Shown here piece after piece: positions 23,401 through 35,710 of a stretch of DNA of 64,000 bases. Position numbers and translations under genes: made by a program. The notes under the pieces were generated by a model. It searched no databases. It had not been told where the DNA came from and saw nothing but the letters and a program-made list of their open reading frames with translations. The DNA is from Zygnema circumcarinatum SAG 698-1b (taxonomy: Eukaryota; Plantae; Zygnematophyceae). Within the stretch, counting starts at the first letter, position 1. Each line of letters starts with the position of its first letter. Location: assembly GCA_037447605.1 (NCBI GenBank), contig CM074810.1:3894313-3958312 (forward strand). The letters run 5' to 3'.

Positions 23401-25062
23401 CGTGAAAAAGTCAAAAACATTCGCTTTATTCAAGGAGGGAAAACATAATGTTTTTAGTTAGTGTGGAATCCTGCTGTCCATTTATACCTCAATTTTCAAT
23501 TAAATCATCTCTGGAAAAGGACACCAGAAGATAGTTAAGAAGAAGGAAAGCTGACGACAGAAGAAAAAGTTTATTGCGGGCACAGGTTGACTTTTTGGAC
23601 CTCTTTGGACGTTCCCTGAATATGCATGACGTTGGCATCTCCTGTCGAAATGGAGGGTCGTTCTATGCCAAGCGCACACATCGGTGCGTACTCTTTCACC
23701 AGAGGCATGTTCAGTTTTGATGAAGAACATTTAGATGTAAAGCACATGCATGTGCAGGCGCATGCTTATGGAGGGATTTTAGGTGGTTCTAGGATCTCAA
23801 TATTTTCAGATTGGTCTTAATATTAACATCATCCTGAGTATAACGGAGAGGGGGGGGGGAGTGGACAGGCCGCCGATGGTGGATCAGCGGAGGCCATACT
23901 TGCTGTCGGTGGAAGATCCACAGGTAGGTCGAGCCTGTAGATGTAAATTCCGCTCTGATGCAAAAGTATGCTAGGAATCTGAATGCGCCATTTCTGCATG
24001 ATTTCTGCATTTTTCGGGATAAGTCAAACGTGCGGAGGGGGATGGGGGAGAGGAACCGGGAAGGAGGGAGGGAGGGCAGCGAGGAGAGTGGGAAGTCGAG
24101 AGGGTAATAAGCATGAATCGCCCAGGTTTTGGTCAGCCAAATTGAGTGCATGAATTTGAGAGGCGGCAGTTTCATGTGTGCATCTTGCAGGCTGCGGATA
24201 ACGATCTTGGCAGAAATTCGTACAACATCAGCAGAGTGAGAAGTTGTGGCTTTTTTTCTGTTCCCAGAAGCAAAAGTATCCATTAAACATATTCATCCAC
24301 ACCCCATCTCCCCTTCTTAGCCTAATCAATGTCCATACTCAGCAGTCGTTGGGTGAAGGGATCAGTGTTACTCTGCAACTAGGCTAAAACGGACCCCTCT
24401 GTCACCCTGCCTTGGAGGGAGGCTGTGTTCAGGTGCGCTCCTCTTTCCGGTTGGCGCATCGCCTGCTGACGACGTACTCTGTAGAGGACGTGCCTGCCGA
24501 GTACGGTCTGCTTGCGCGCATTGTGCGGCTCGATGCCGCGCTAGCCGATCGCGATGTTCCGGTCCCTCCGTCCAGCATTGTAAGAAGGGGAGAGCGCCGC
24601 AGCCAGGCTGCAGCAGGGCAGTTGTGGGACAGGTGGGAGATGGGCGAAGAGGGTGATGATGGGGCCAAGGAGGAGGAGAGGGGACGGGACTGGGAGAGGG
24701 GACGGGACTGGGAGAGGGAGGAGGGGGAGTGGGAGGAGGAGAAGGAGAGTCAGAGGAAGTGGGGTAGGGAGAGGGAGCAAGAGAGGGGAAGAGGGAGAGA
24801 GAGGGAGAGGGATGTGCGGCACCAATCACTGGAGCAGAGGCTAACCGCGGCAAGAGCGTATGCTGAACCGGAGGAGTGGGAGGTGAAGGATTACTCCTAC
24901 ATGGATCCGCAACGGAGTCGCAAGAGAGGGCGCCATCCCGAGGCGGTGGAGGAGGGAGGGCGCCGCAATCGCAGCCGCCCGAGCGGGCCTGCCCCTGCCT
25001 CTTCACCCGGTTGGAGGCCACGTGAGGAGAGTCGGCGCCACAATCAGCATCGACGCTTCTGA
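20498..25062 (+). CDS. TRF4: Non-canonical poly(A) polymerase / terminal nucleotidyltransferase (TRF4/PAPD5-like)
   Basis: 13 exons: 20498-20882, 21152-21264, 21474-21530, 21741-21836, 22152-22222, 22374-22416, 22613-22693, 22848-22907, 23134-23193, 23586-23683, 23869-23923, 24191-24235, 24433-25062. Motifs FGSYATGLYLPTSDCD, ARVPIIKF, KIFLQQRELNEVYTGGIGSY, NLGVLL, SVEDPQ, NDLGRNS. Confidence 0.93.
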
Positions 25063-26242
25063 TGTGCGCCCGCACTTTCTTGTAAACACAAAACTTTGCG
25101 CTTGGCAAAGCGATTGTTGCGAAGGAAAAAAAGCAGCGGAGGGCTTTAAGAGTTAAACACATCGCTTTGCTGTTGCAAACTGGTGCCTTTCCACATGACC
25201 GTTTCTCTCACTGAAAGCTGAAATAATTGTTTCCACTGTTTCATGGGTAAATGAGTTTCTTATCAGCGAATTCACTCTAGACACTCAAAGATGACGGGTG
25301 TGCTGGCTCGAGTATCTTCACGTCGCTTTTTTACTTTGTGTGTCGTGATCTTGCTCCTCCTGCTACTTGAAATAGAGTTGAAAGTAACTGGAAACTAGCA
25401 CATGTTCGATCCTAAAGGGAGGTAGAAGAGCGATGTGGTGTTTCCACGCCCTCGGGGTTGAATGTCCCGATGGTCCTGTAGATTCTTGTACTGCTACGAG
25501 CCCGTCAAACTTTTAGGGTCCTCAGAGTGCATGCCATCAACGCTGCCATCGCGGTGTCCTCTCCGTGCCCTGCTCTCAGGAGAGCACCTCTCCTGAGGAC
25601 ACTCGCGCCTACAAACAGTGCAGCCAAGCTGGTCATAAACACCTGCTGCTACACCGTACGGTAGTGGGGCCCTCTCTGGACCCGGGGCGGAAAGGGGCGT
25701 GCAGGCTCGTCGCTTCACAGACTAACGCCACGGCTTTCGGAGCAGGCATACCAAAGATTCAAACGCAAGCTACGCTGGGTTTTGAAGGGTTTTGTTTTTT
25801 AACGAACCTACGAGTAGCACCTGTAGACACAAAAGCACCCTCACACCACCCATGGCTGTTCTCGCACCGCACTGGTTTATTATTCACTCAAACATTACAA
25901 AAATCTGAACCCTCCCTCCCCCTCGCTCTATCTCAACCAAATGACTAGGGACGATAAAAAAGGGACGGCTCGTCATTCGAAAAAATCAATGTACAAGTTC
26001 TCCGTTGGTCACGCAGCGCCCAGTTCGAGCAGCCCCCCATGGCGTAATGCCACAACGCAAAGGGCAAACATATCTCCGGCCAAAAAGCGTAGACCATCTC
26101 GACGAAGTATCTCCATTGTGGTTCCCATTGAATCGGGTCAAAAAGGCATCGGTACACGGGATTGGCCTAGCTCATTTCTGGACCCCTCCGGCGCCTCACC
26201 CTCTGTTGTGCAAAACTGTGCCAAACTCCGATTGGCGCTCTC

Positions 26243-29200
26243 TCATCCGCGTCGCCGCAGTCCGTCTCCGGAGAGGGAATGTTCAAAACTCCGCAGCTCC
26301 GCCTCTGAGTGCGGCATCTCTCGCTGCCCAACCTCTCTCAGCTGCACCAGAATGTCAGCTGCCCCTCCCTCACAAGTGAGGCTCGCCTCCCGCTGCCACG
26401 CCTTGCTGCTGCTGTCGCTGTCATCGGTCACCTCCTCTATCTCGGTCACTCGCGAGCGGCCCACCTTCTTGCTGTTCGCGCGCTTCAAGGTGTTGCTCAT
26501 TTCAAACGCCGAGCCGTTCACATCCGGGACAAGTTTGCACTCGACAGCGCCGTTCTCATGAGGATCTGAACCATTTGAAACAAAGGAAGGAGAAGTGCCC
26601 GCCAGTCGCTCCGTCCCATTCTCACGCCCCCCCAGCTCGCTGCTTGCTTGGACCGCCCTTGCCTCGCTACTCCTTCCGTCATGCAGTTCAGAGCCATTGG
26701 CAAGGCTGTGCCGCACATCGGACTGGCAGGGCTCCATCTTTCCGTTAGGTTGCCAATTTTCAATCCCATTCCTTCCTGCAGGTCCGCGTGCGGAGTCTGG
26801 CGAATCTTTGTCAAGTGCTGACACGGACGCCACGCGGCAGGTTTGGCCATTAGGAGAGACCGATGTTCGGACAGTCAGTGGGGGAGTCCTCCTGCTTTTG
26901 TGGGCTCCTCCTCCATTGCCTTTTGACGAAGGCAGAGTTAACCGCGCCATGACATAGGCGAGCAGGTCCTGCTGCTGAGCAAATGTGAAGTCAAGGTGGG
27001 CATATTCAAACTCTTTGATAGACGTGGTCCGTCCAGCAGCTTTAAGGATCTGATAGTGCTTCTTCACCATAGAGGACGGAATGAGGTGATCCTTTCGGCC
27101 CATGACGACGTCCACAGGAATGTCAACCAAATGATAGTGCGCGCCGATGTCAATAGGTCGGGGCTGTCCGTACGCGTCCATGTTCGCTCTCGCAGATCCA
27201 TAATCGTACATGATGAAACGCTTTGCTCCCTTCATTTGAGCCAAGTGCTTCATAACGCCATATGATAGGCCCGGCATGTCATGTATGTTATAGTGTGGCT
27301 GCCGTAAGGCACCCACCCAGTCAGAGCTATCGCCCCCGACAAAGAGGGAACTGATCAGCACTTGCACAAGGGCACGCACTGCAGGCAGGTTTTGAAAGTC
27401 CTGAGCAAGTTTATGAAACAGCAGCCGCAGCCCACGTGTCGGAATGTAAAAGCCAGGGATGAAGTATTTCATGAAAGAGTCAATGAAGGGCATCAGCAAG
27501 ACCGCCTTCAGAAAGTCGAACAGTAATGGTGTGGTCTCATGAAATCCTGCCACGACAAAAGGGCCCCAAAGAAACAATCAACGAACGTTTGCATGTCAAG
27601 CTATTATTAACCCTTATCCATCTCGTTCTTCGACATGAGAGAATGCAGTAGTCCTCTAGGCGAATTCAGGTAGGATGCGGACGAGCAAGGATCGGAGCTT
27701 AGGGGTGAAGGTAGAAAGCTGGAGAAGAGCGGAGAAATGAACAGGAGAGAAAACAGGAGATGGGTGGGGAAAAGGAAGCAATATGTACGCAAAGTGTTGT
27801 GGTTTGAAAATAACTGTCAACAGTTCTGTCAACTGTTGCGCTCTGACTGTTCAGGGTGTTAGGAGATAGCTGCATTTCAAACCTTTGGGTCTAGGAGCAT
27901 AAGACACGAAAGAAAATGCTGCATCGTTATAAGATGTGTATCAGAAAAAAATGGAACTGACCTGCTGGTGACAGGAGAATGAGACGTGAGAAGCGATGGG
28001 GTTCCTGCCTCATGCACTGAGTGACAAGATACAGCATGATAGCTGCTCCCCCGAGACTGTGCGCCACCCCTGACAGCACATATGGCTGCTCAGCATCGCT
28101 ACTATGCACATCGGTCTCTGTATCTCGCAATTCTCGCATTTTAGTCTCGTGAATGCATTGCACCATAGCCCGGATATCATACATGCCGTGCTCATTCACT
28201 GAGTAACGCCAGTACCTGCATGAATTGAGGTCCAAGAACAAGAATAACGCTCTTCAATTGCTTGAAAGCATGCTTGCTGCTAAGGCCATGCAAAACCTGG
28301 TCTCTTGAAGGAAAAGCACTAAATGAGAGTACATCCTCGATGCAACTTCTGGTCTCTATTGTCAATGATAACTCAACGGACGGCCCCTTATTCTGAAAGC
28401 TAAGAGGCTGAAACAAAGCCTGAAACGTGGAACTAGCATTAGGATACGATCGTACTCCTGTGCAGAAATGCGCGTATTTACATGTTCCCGAGATGCGTAT
28501 CCACGCATGTTCCCCAACCAAACGTCAAAGCCTGCACAAGTATTCAAACAATGCAGCTTCACACCTGCAGCTGAATGAAAAACCTCAATAAAAAATCTTT
28601 ACACTAGTAATTCAGCAAGCCTTTCGCAGGATGCCGGCCATGGTCATTATTCATATCATCCCTCCACAAAAACTCTATCGCTCCCACAACAATTTCCCAG
28701 TAGCAGTGCATAAATGTGCTGTGATCAACAACGAAGTTTTACCCTGATCGTATGCGGCAAAGGCCTGCGATCCCACCACTCCGTTGGAAACCCACCTGCA
28801 GCAAGCAAGACAAAGAAACGCATCGGAACGGCAAATCTTCTGAAAGGGACTTTCAAAGGATCAGCGGAACAAGGGTTGAGACACTGTAACAAGGCGGTGA
28901 CTTTAAAGTTTCTTTACAGAGAGAGATTTACGAAAAAATCTTCTTTACGAAAAAAGATGAGAAAGGTTCATGGAAAGGCGAACACACCCAAGGGAGCTGT
29001 CAAGCAGCCCATGCTGCAGTAGTACCACCTTCCTCGAATCACGCCTGCCGCATCCACCGCGACTACCATTATCATCATTAAATATCTAAATAGTTATTAC
29101 TATTATCATATTAACAGCCCTGAACGATTCCTTGCCTCCTAAAATGAAGACCGCAATGGGAGACCTTTGCAAAGATGATAGATTTGGGTTACTGTGCATA

Positions 29201-31479
29201 CATTAAGTCGGTCTGCCCATCTACACCTCCATGCAATCCAGAGGAGGTCTGGATGCAGAGGTCAAGAAAAAAAAACAAGGGAGATGTACCGTGGAATGCG
29301 TTCAAGGGTGAGAACGTAGCCATCCTTCGTGGTCACCTTGATTGCCTCAAATGGATACCTAAAAACATTCCATCAGATAACTTCCCAAAAGATCAGAATT
29401 TCCAAACCCAAGCAAGTAAAATGATTATCATGAACACAATTGTTAAACCAAAATGCGCCTTCTCTTACCCTGCATCAGAAACAATATCTTCACAGGTACG
29501 CGCATCTGTATTCAACGCCTCGGACAAGCGCATTACACGCTGCTGCTGAGGCTGCGCTTTGCTGTCGCCAAGAGTGGTAGTTTCCACAGTTCCGCCCTGG
29601 ATGGGCGCTTGTCTCCTCCGCCCGAAAAGGGTGTCAAAAAGTGCACTCACAGCATCAAATGGCGCGTGCAGTATGCTTCGTACAGTCTCGAATACTCGAT
29701 CAATAGCCAGCTCCATGAGGAGCTGCAAGTCCTGCAGCCACAACAGCAGAATTCCAAGCCAAGGCTAAACTACGAGAAACAAAAAAACAGTTCACGAATG
29801 GTGTGGGCTGTTCAATGCGCTGTCCAGCAAGGACCACTCAAAAAATTTGACAGCCAACAAGCCAGCTTTCCTCTGTCAAGAAGCGTGTCCACACACTAGC
29901 TGAGACAATTCTGACCTACAACAACGTATTTCTTCACATGTGCATGGTCGGTTATCCACTAGATGCTCTATCTGTCACATGCACGCAGTGATTCCACGAT
30001 AATATTGTCCCTTTTGTCCGAAGGTCTGATGCAAACACACTTTCTTCAATTTTTACTGCTGCCTACAGAAATTTACTTTCGTTTGTCCACAGCCTGCCTG
30101 CTGGATAAAAATTGCATAAAGGTATTGCTCGCAGTCCAGACAAAAGTAGGTCCTCCGACACGCGCGCGTTTGAAGCCAGTCTGCCTTCAAAAGAGGCCAA
30201 GAATCTCTAAGCTGAAATTATTAAGAGTGCTTAAAGAGTTTCTCTGGCTGATTCAAGCCCTCCCCACCGCCCCCCTTCCTGGTTGCTTGTGTTCTATTTA
30301 TCGCTTCTTCTCCACAACTGGTAAACACATGGCCCTCCTATGCCAGTCTCCCTCGCTTTTGTCATAAGGATGAGGCAAGCAAGCTCACCTCAATAATTCC
30401 CCTCCTTCTGTTATCATTCAGATGCGTCACATATTCCATGACGTCGTTCAGCCGCTTGCCAAGCTCATGGCTGGCGATAGAGAAGTGGCGAGTCAGGCTG
30501 CTGTTGCTGCTCGAGCGACTCACCGGCCGATCATGCACAGGGAAAGACTCCGTTGACAAACCGACACTGCTCGAGTGGGAGAATTCCTCCACCAGACGTC
30601 TTCTGTGGGGCCGTCTCCGCGGAAAAAGGAATGCCAACGGCCAAAAGATGAGCCAAAGCAAACGGCGCAGAACTTGCAGCCAAGTTCTCGAACGCTGACG
30701 GGGCCGCGACCCTCCGCTGCCGCGCAACGTGTGGCCGCCGCTCGAGTGGAAGGACCCGCTCGAGGAGGAGGGGGAGGAGGGCAGCGAGAGCTCGTCCTCT
30801 CTGCCAGACTCGTACTCGGAGAGGGAATCGCCGTCAGAGTCAGACTCGTCGTATATAAAATTCAACGAAGAAACGCCACTGCGATTCAGACGACAGAAGA
30901 CACATCAACGGGCTGCTGCTGCTTGTGCTTCCTCCGCCATCATCTCGGGCGAGCGAGCGCGGTCTTGAATCGGCGGTTTGCAGCAATGGCATATTTCTCA
31001 CCCGCTACGGGTCTACAAAAGACAAAGCTTCAAATAGCAACTATTTGCTTGCTGAAACTCTTGCCATTTTTCCCTTCTTGACGTCCACAAAAAACGAGAA
31101 GAATGAAGGGCGGGGGGCGGGAAGGCGAGAAGCTGACTCTTCCATCCAGCGCGGCAGGCGAGGCGCCTTGAAGGTCGGGCGGAGCTCCCATCCCCTCAGG
31201 CCCTCCACGAAGCCGGCGCGGCCCGGCACCAGCGCCAGCGCAAAGGCAGACGCGCCGTTCACCGCGTTGATCACATTGTTGAACGCTTCTCTGGTGACTG
31301 TCTTCACGGACCTGCCCCACCCCAGCGCGCATATACAAGTCACGAACTCCCCACAACATTCAATAAAGAACAGCAATTCGCATTAATATTGAGAATCTGT
31401 CGCTGTATATAGCAGGAGAAGAAAGAAAGATCGCATACTCTTTGGCCACCCCGACGGCGCTGTCCAGGAGCCGCTGCAT
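26243..31479 (-). CDS. Alpha/beta-hydrolase lipase with plant-type N-terminal extension
   Basis: 10 exons: 31479-31439, 31311-31138, 30878-30389, 29731-29469, 29358-29290, 29044-28988, 28795-28743, 28531-28456, 28215-27962, 27546-26243; phase-consistent. Motifs GYPFEAIKVTTKDGYVL, LQHGLLDSS, DVWLGNMRG, AHSLGGA (nucleophile elbow), YAHLDF. Confidence 0.93.
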
Positions 31480-31899
31480 GGCGCCTCCTCTCTCACGGTG
31501 GCGAGCAGCTACGAGTCATGGCCATGGCTACCTCCCGCCAGCTGTACCGTAACCCTAATTTTCGCCTCGCCTCGTCCCCGCGAGAGAGCCGCGGACGGAC
31601 GGTCGGACGGACGGACGGACGGAGCCGCCGTGGACGGACGACCGCCCACAGGTGCGCGCCGTCCGATCTGGCACATCGGACGGTCCGCTGCGCTCGCCCG
31701 ATCGGCGGAGCTCGCCACGTCACGTCGCGCCGCATGGTCCGGCCTGCGCCTGCCACGTGTCCACGCGCGTGCCACGTGGCGGCCGCGGAACACGCGGTGC
31801 GCGCACACGCTGGCCACGCGGCCCGCTTCCGAGGCGGCCCTCGCCCGGCCGCGTGGTGTGTTGCCAGACGCGAATCGCCCGAACGAGAACGGAACAAAA

Positions 31900-32057
31900 C
31901 GGCTGCTTCTAGGGCTGCGTTGTTTGCGCATAGGCGTAGTTTTACGCTCCTAGCTTCTTCTATTGTGCTTAGGTCCTTTGCGACCAATCCTTTCCACATA
32001 ATGCTTTTGTCCATGTACATTTGATGGCCTCGCCATCGTGAGTTCAATGCCATTTCC
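31900..32057 (-). repeat. Dispersed ~160-bp non-coding element, copy 1
   Basis: Reverse complement aligns by eye with 40297-40461 (GGCATTGAACTC..GAGGCCATCAAATGTACATGGACAAAAGCA...GAAGCTAGGAGCG..AAACTACGCCTA...CAACGCAGCCCTAGAAGCAGCCG). Confidence 0.9.
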
Positions 32058-32475
32058 GAACAGAACAGGTTTGTGCTCGCTCGCACCCTCAGAGAGAGGG
32101 GATGGGACCGCGATCCTGGCTTGCCCGAGTCAGGCCGTACAGTAGATTTAGGTCGCACCGACACGGGCTACAATAGAAATCTGGTTTTTCTCATTTAAAA
32201 AAAGGAGGGTAAGACAAATTTCATACATGCCTCGTCCCTGCAATAACCGTCAAATGAGCGCTTTGACCAGCACCAGTAGCAGCACTACCGGAGACCGTGC
32301 AACAACTTCCAGCTGCATCGGCTGGATCGGTCCCCTTTATTGGGCCAACTCATAACCGAGAGTTACGACTGCCGTGCCTTTGTAGGGCCCATCGCCGTGG
32401 ACCGGCCGACCTGCGGCAGCCCTAGAACGCCTCTCTTTGCGCCGGACGGATCCCCTCCTCTGCTGCGCTGCGCTG

Positions 32476-32560
32476 GTCTGTCTATCTGTCTATCTGTCTG
32501 TCTATCTGTCTGTCTGCCTGTCTGTCTGTCTGTCTGTCTATCTGTCTGTCTGTCTGTCTG
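32476..32560. repeat. (CTGT/CTAT)n microsatellite
   Basis: gtctgtctatctgtc... read directly. Confidence 0.9.
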
Positions 32561-32599
32561 GTTCGAATCATGGTCCCTTCCCCTCGCGTGCCCTCCGCC

Positions 32600-35442
32600 T
32601 CAGAGAGCGAGCGTGGATCGCAGCATGAGTGCGTGGTAGGAAGACTTCCCGCTTGCAGCCATCACTATTCCCGGCTGCAAGCTGAGGCCCCTTCCGCAAC
32701 GCAGCCGCACAAACCCCTCCATCTGCAAGGGTGGCGAGGCGCCCGAGTGGCTCCCTGCATATCCTTGTGAGAACGCTTCAGGCAGTCCGGAGCCCAGACT
32801 GAGCCCCCAGCCCACTGCCCCTCGCCCCTTGGTGGGTGTATGGGCGAGCGAGAGCGCCCACAGCATGCGGTGCCGCTCGTCCTCCGCGAGCCAGTCCGCC
32901 TGGTCCGCCTGCGCCCACGCGGCCAGGGTGGTGCTGGGACCCAGCCCCAGGGCGCCGGAGACGGATAGCGACTGCAGGGCCATTCCGATAGAAGGGCGTG
33001 GAGGCTCCCACAGCGCAGACTCGCTTAGAGGGGGGCTCGCGTTGGTGGCTGCTGGCCTGCTCCCCTTACTTTCACCTAGGAACTGCTTTGGCCGCCACTG
33101 CAGCTTCGGCAGAACCAGAGGACCCATTTCACTCCAGTGCAGCCCCCCGCTGGAGGGCGCGGGCGGGGCCGGCCACATGCGGTTCAGCACGGAGAAGGAG
33201 AGCAGCAGGCGATCGTGCGGCTGCAGGGCGATCTGGGCCAGAGTGGCTGCACAGAGCCCGCTGTCGTCGGAATCGGGCAGAATGCGCGGGAGCGGTTGAA
33301 CTGACGCGCCCCAACCACTGAGGAACTGAGCGCATGTGAGAGTGGCGATGCTGCCTTTCAGAGAAACGCCAACTGCTGATCCCTTGGCATTGCCGTGAAG
33401 GGGCGCTCCTTCGCTAGCAAAGCGTGTCAGTGCCCGCCCCTGATACAAAAAGGAAAAGCATCAATCAGACCGAGCAAGGATGCCACCTTTTCAAAACCCC
33501 CTGCCCAAGATCATCTACTCCGATGGAAGGTACACAGGTATTGAGAACCTTATAGCAGTCAGGTTTCCTATAAATCGTACCAGCTACATCTCCCTCCCCC
33601 ACCCCCCATCCTTTTCCTCCTCCCCACCATTTCCTTCATTATGACGGATGTTTTAGTCAGCATTACCCCCACTGACGTTGAAGTAACAAGAAAAAATTGT
33701 ATAGAACGCTGCCTAGAATGGGAATATGGCGACAATATAATATATATATTATATTATATATATAATATTCGTTCTTTCTGAGCGAAGAGTAGAGCACCTG
33801 TAGAGGATTAAGTGTTTCCGCCATGTCCCAACCATGCGCCCCCAAGGGCGCAAACCGTAGTAGCAGCCCCGGCTGAATGTGCGCTGTGTAGAGCACCTTA
33901 TGCAGGGTGATCGGGCCTCCAAGCATGATGGGACTGGTGGCTTCACCCAACCCTGCCGTGCATTCGGTCAACAGCACATCAGCTTCGCGGCATGGGGTTT
34001 CAAACCGGAACTTCACTCCCAAACCGGACCTCATGCCTGCTCTCTCCAGAAGAGTTCGCGCCTCCTGGCTCTGCTCTTCTTCCGCAGGAAGGAATGCAGC
34101 GCCGGCATTCACCTCCCCTGTAAGGCGTGTCCGCACTCCGCCCCCTTCTGAGGCTGCAGACGGCCCTGAACCCAGGCGCCTCAGCCCTGTATGAAGTTCC
34201 AATTTATCGACACGTTCCCGCACATTCAGCAAATCTGAGAATGCCTCTCGAACGAGGCGCCGAAGAGCGCTCACCTGAACCCCCCAAGAAACAGGGAATT
34301 TCTTAAGACTTGTTCTCATTAATTTTGCCTCATATGCTCATTTACATGCATTGGCAAGTTCCCAGGACACTGGGAACGTACAAATGCTGTGAAAGAGTAT
34401 GCTTGACCAGCAATAATAAACGGAGTAATAAGGCCGGCCAAATCAGAATTCAACCCTTTCAGTGCATGCATCAAACACATTTGCCAAGCCACAGCTCAGA
34501 TCATACAGAGAGTGACTCCTCTCTTCCCACCTCTGAACGGCGCGCGAACGCCTGCTCATTCGGGCGACGGTCGAGCAACTGTATGGCGAGGAGAGCCACC
34601 TCGTCAATAAGATTTTGGCGTTCCAACTGTGCGTCCACTTCCTTTTTCTTCTCAGGTGTCATAGCAGCAGTGTTCCCACGCCGCTGCCCTGTAATGGCGT
34701 ACATCATCCCTGCCAAAGCGCCAAGAACGTGGTCCACCGGCAGCTTCCTGGGATCGTCACCTGCGTCATTTCTGCTTGACCCGAACTCCATTTCTCGTTC
34801 GAATGTAGAAGAAGGAGACGCGTCACCCTCGACTTCCTCCTCATTCTTCCCCCCTTCAAGACTCCTTGCCTTCATGACTGACCTCCCCTTCGGCGACATT
34901 GACGCGCTGCCGGGAAAGTCGACAGTCACAGTCGGTACACTTTCGTCCGGTGCTTCCCCTTCCTTTTCATTTTCACCCTTTGCTATCAGCGCCTTCTCTC
35001 TCCCTCCGCCCTCCTGCCCTCCACCCCCTCCGCTGCTGCCTCCCCAATCATTTCCACCGTCGCCAGACCCGCCGCCATTTTTCCCATCTCCACCAGTAGC
35101 TCCGCCTCCCTCTCCTTTCCCTCCTCCCGCTGAATCTCCATCGAGACTGCTCCCGGATTTGGAAGGAGTCGATTTTGAGGTTTTCGACCCCTTTGAGGGC
35201 GGCGAGCCCCCTTTACGGTTCGCCCGAGGAGCTCTCGGTCTGCGGCTGCCGCCTTCAGCGAGATCTGCTGTCACCAAGGCGCGGTGGCGAGAGGCGGCAC
35301 TGCCTCGGCGGCCATGGATGCAAGGGAGCTGGAGCTTGAAACCATCGTTAGGGTTAGGGCTATTGGAGTTTGGATTGTGAACAGCCTGCTGCAGCGGAAG
35401 GGACGAGAGCCATCGCTGCTGAAATGAAGAATACAGCGCCAT
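32600..35442 (-). CDS. Putative plastid outer-envelope beta-barrel protein related to cyanobacterial SLH-OprB porins
   Basis: Exons 35442-34531, 34274-33798, 33439-32600, all phase 0. Ser/Arg-rich transit-peptide-like N-terminus, Gly-rich linker, coiled coil ALRRLVREAFSDLLNVRERVDKLE, TRLTGEV, C-terminal LQMEGFVRLRCGRGLSLQPGIVM...ALMLRSTLAL*. The gene model is solid; the family assignment is by recalled similarity. Confidence 0.8.
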
Positions 35443-35710
35443 GGTTCTGTGGGGCCGCGGATGCGTTACACACGGGAAGAGTATTAAGGGAGGAAGGATG
35501 GCGGCATTGCGAGGAGAGTGGGAGGCAGACGTGGGAAGCGACACCTCCGGGGCCAAGGGATCAGCGAGGAGGCGGAGCAGGAGGGAAGGGGAGGACGCGA
35601 AGGAAAGGAAAGGAGGGAAGGAGGGAAACCGCGCCCGCGCCAGGCGTCACCGTCGGTCACCGCCTCGACCGCTACTGCCGCGGAGCCGCGGAGGCGGAGC
35701 GCGGTGAGCC

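Noticed and set aside
31493-32164. 223-aa ORF and other Arg/Ala-rich ORFs over promoters (also 40679-41399, 53969-54879, 62968-63513)
   Set aside because: GC-rich promoter/UTR or antisense shadows with no family motifs; the [11 protein letters not shown] match between ORFs reflects the non-coding dispersed repeat.
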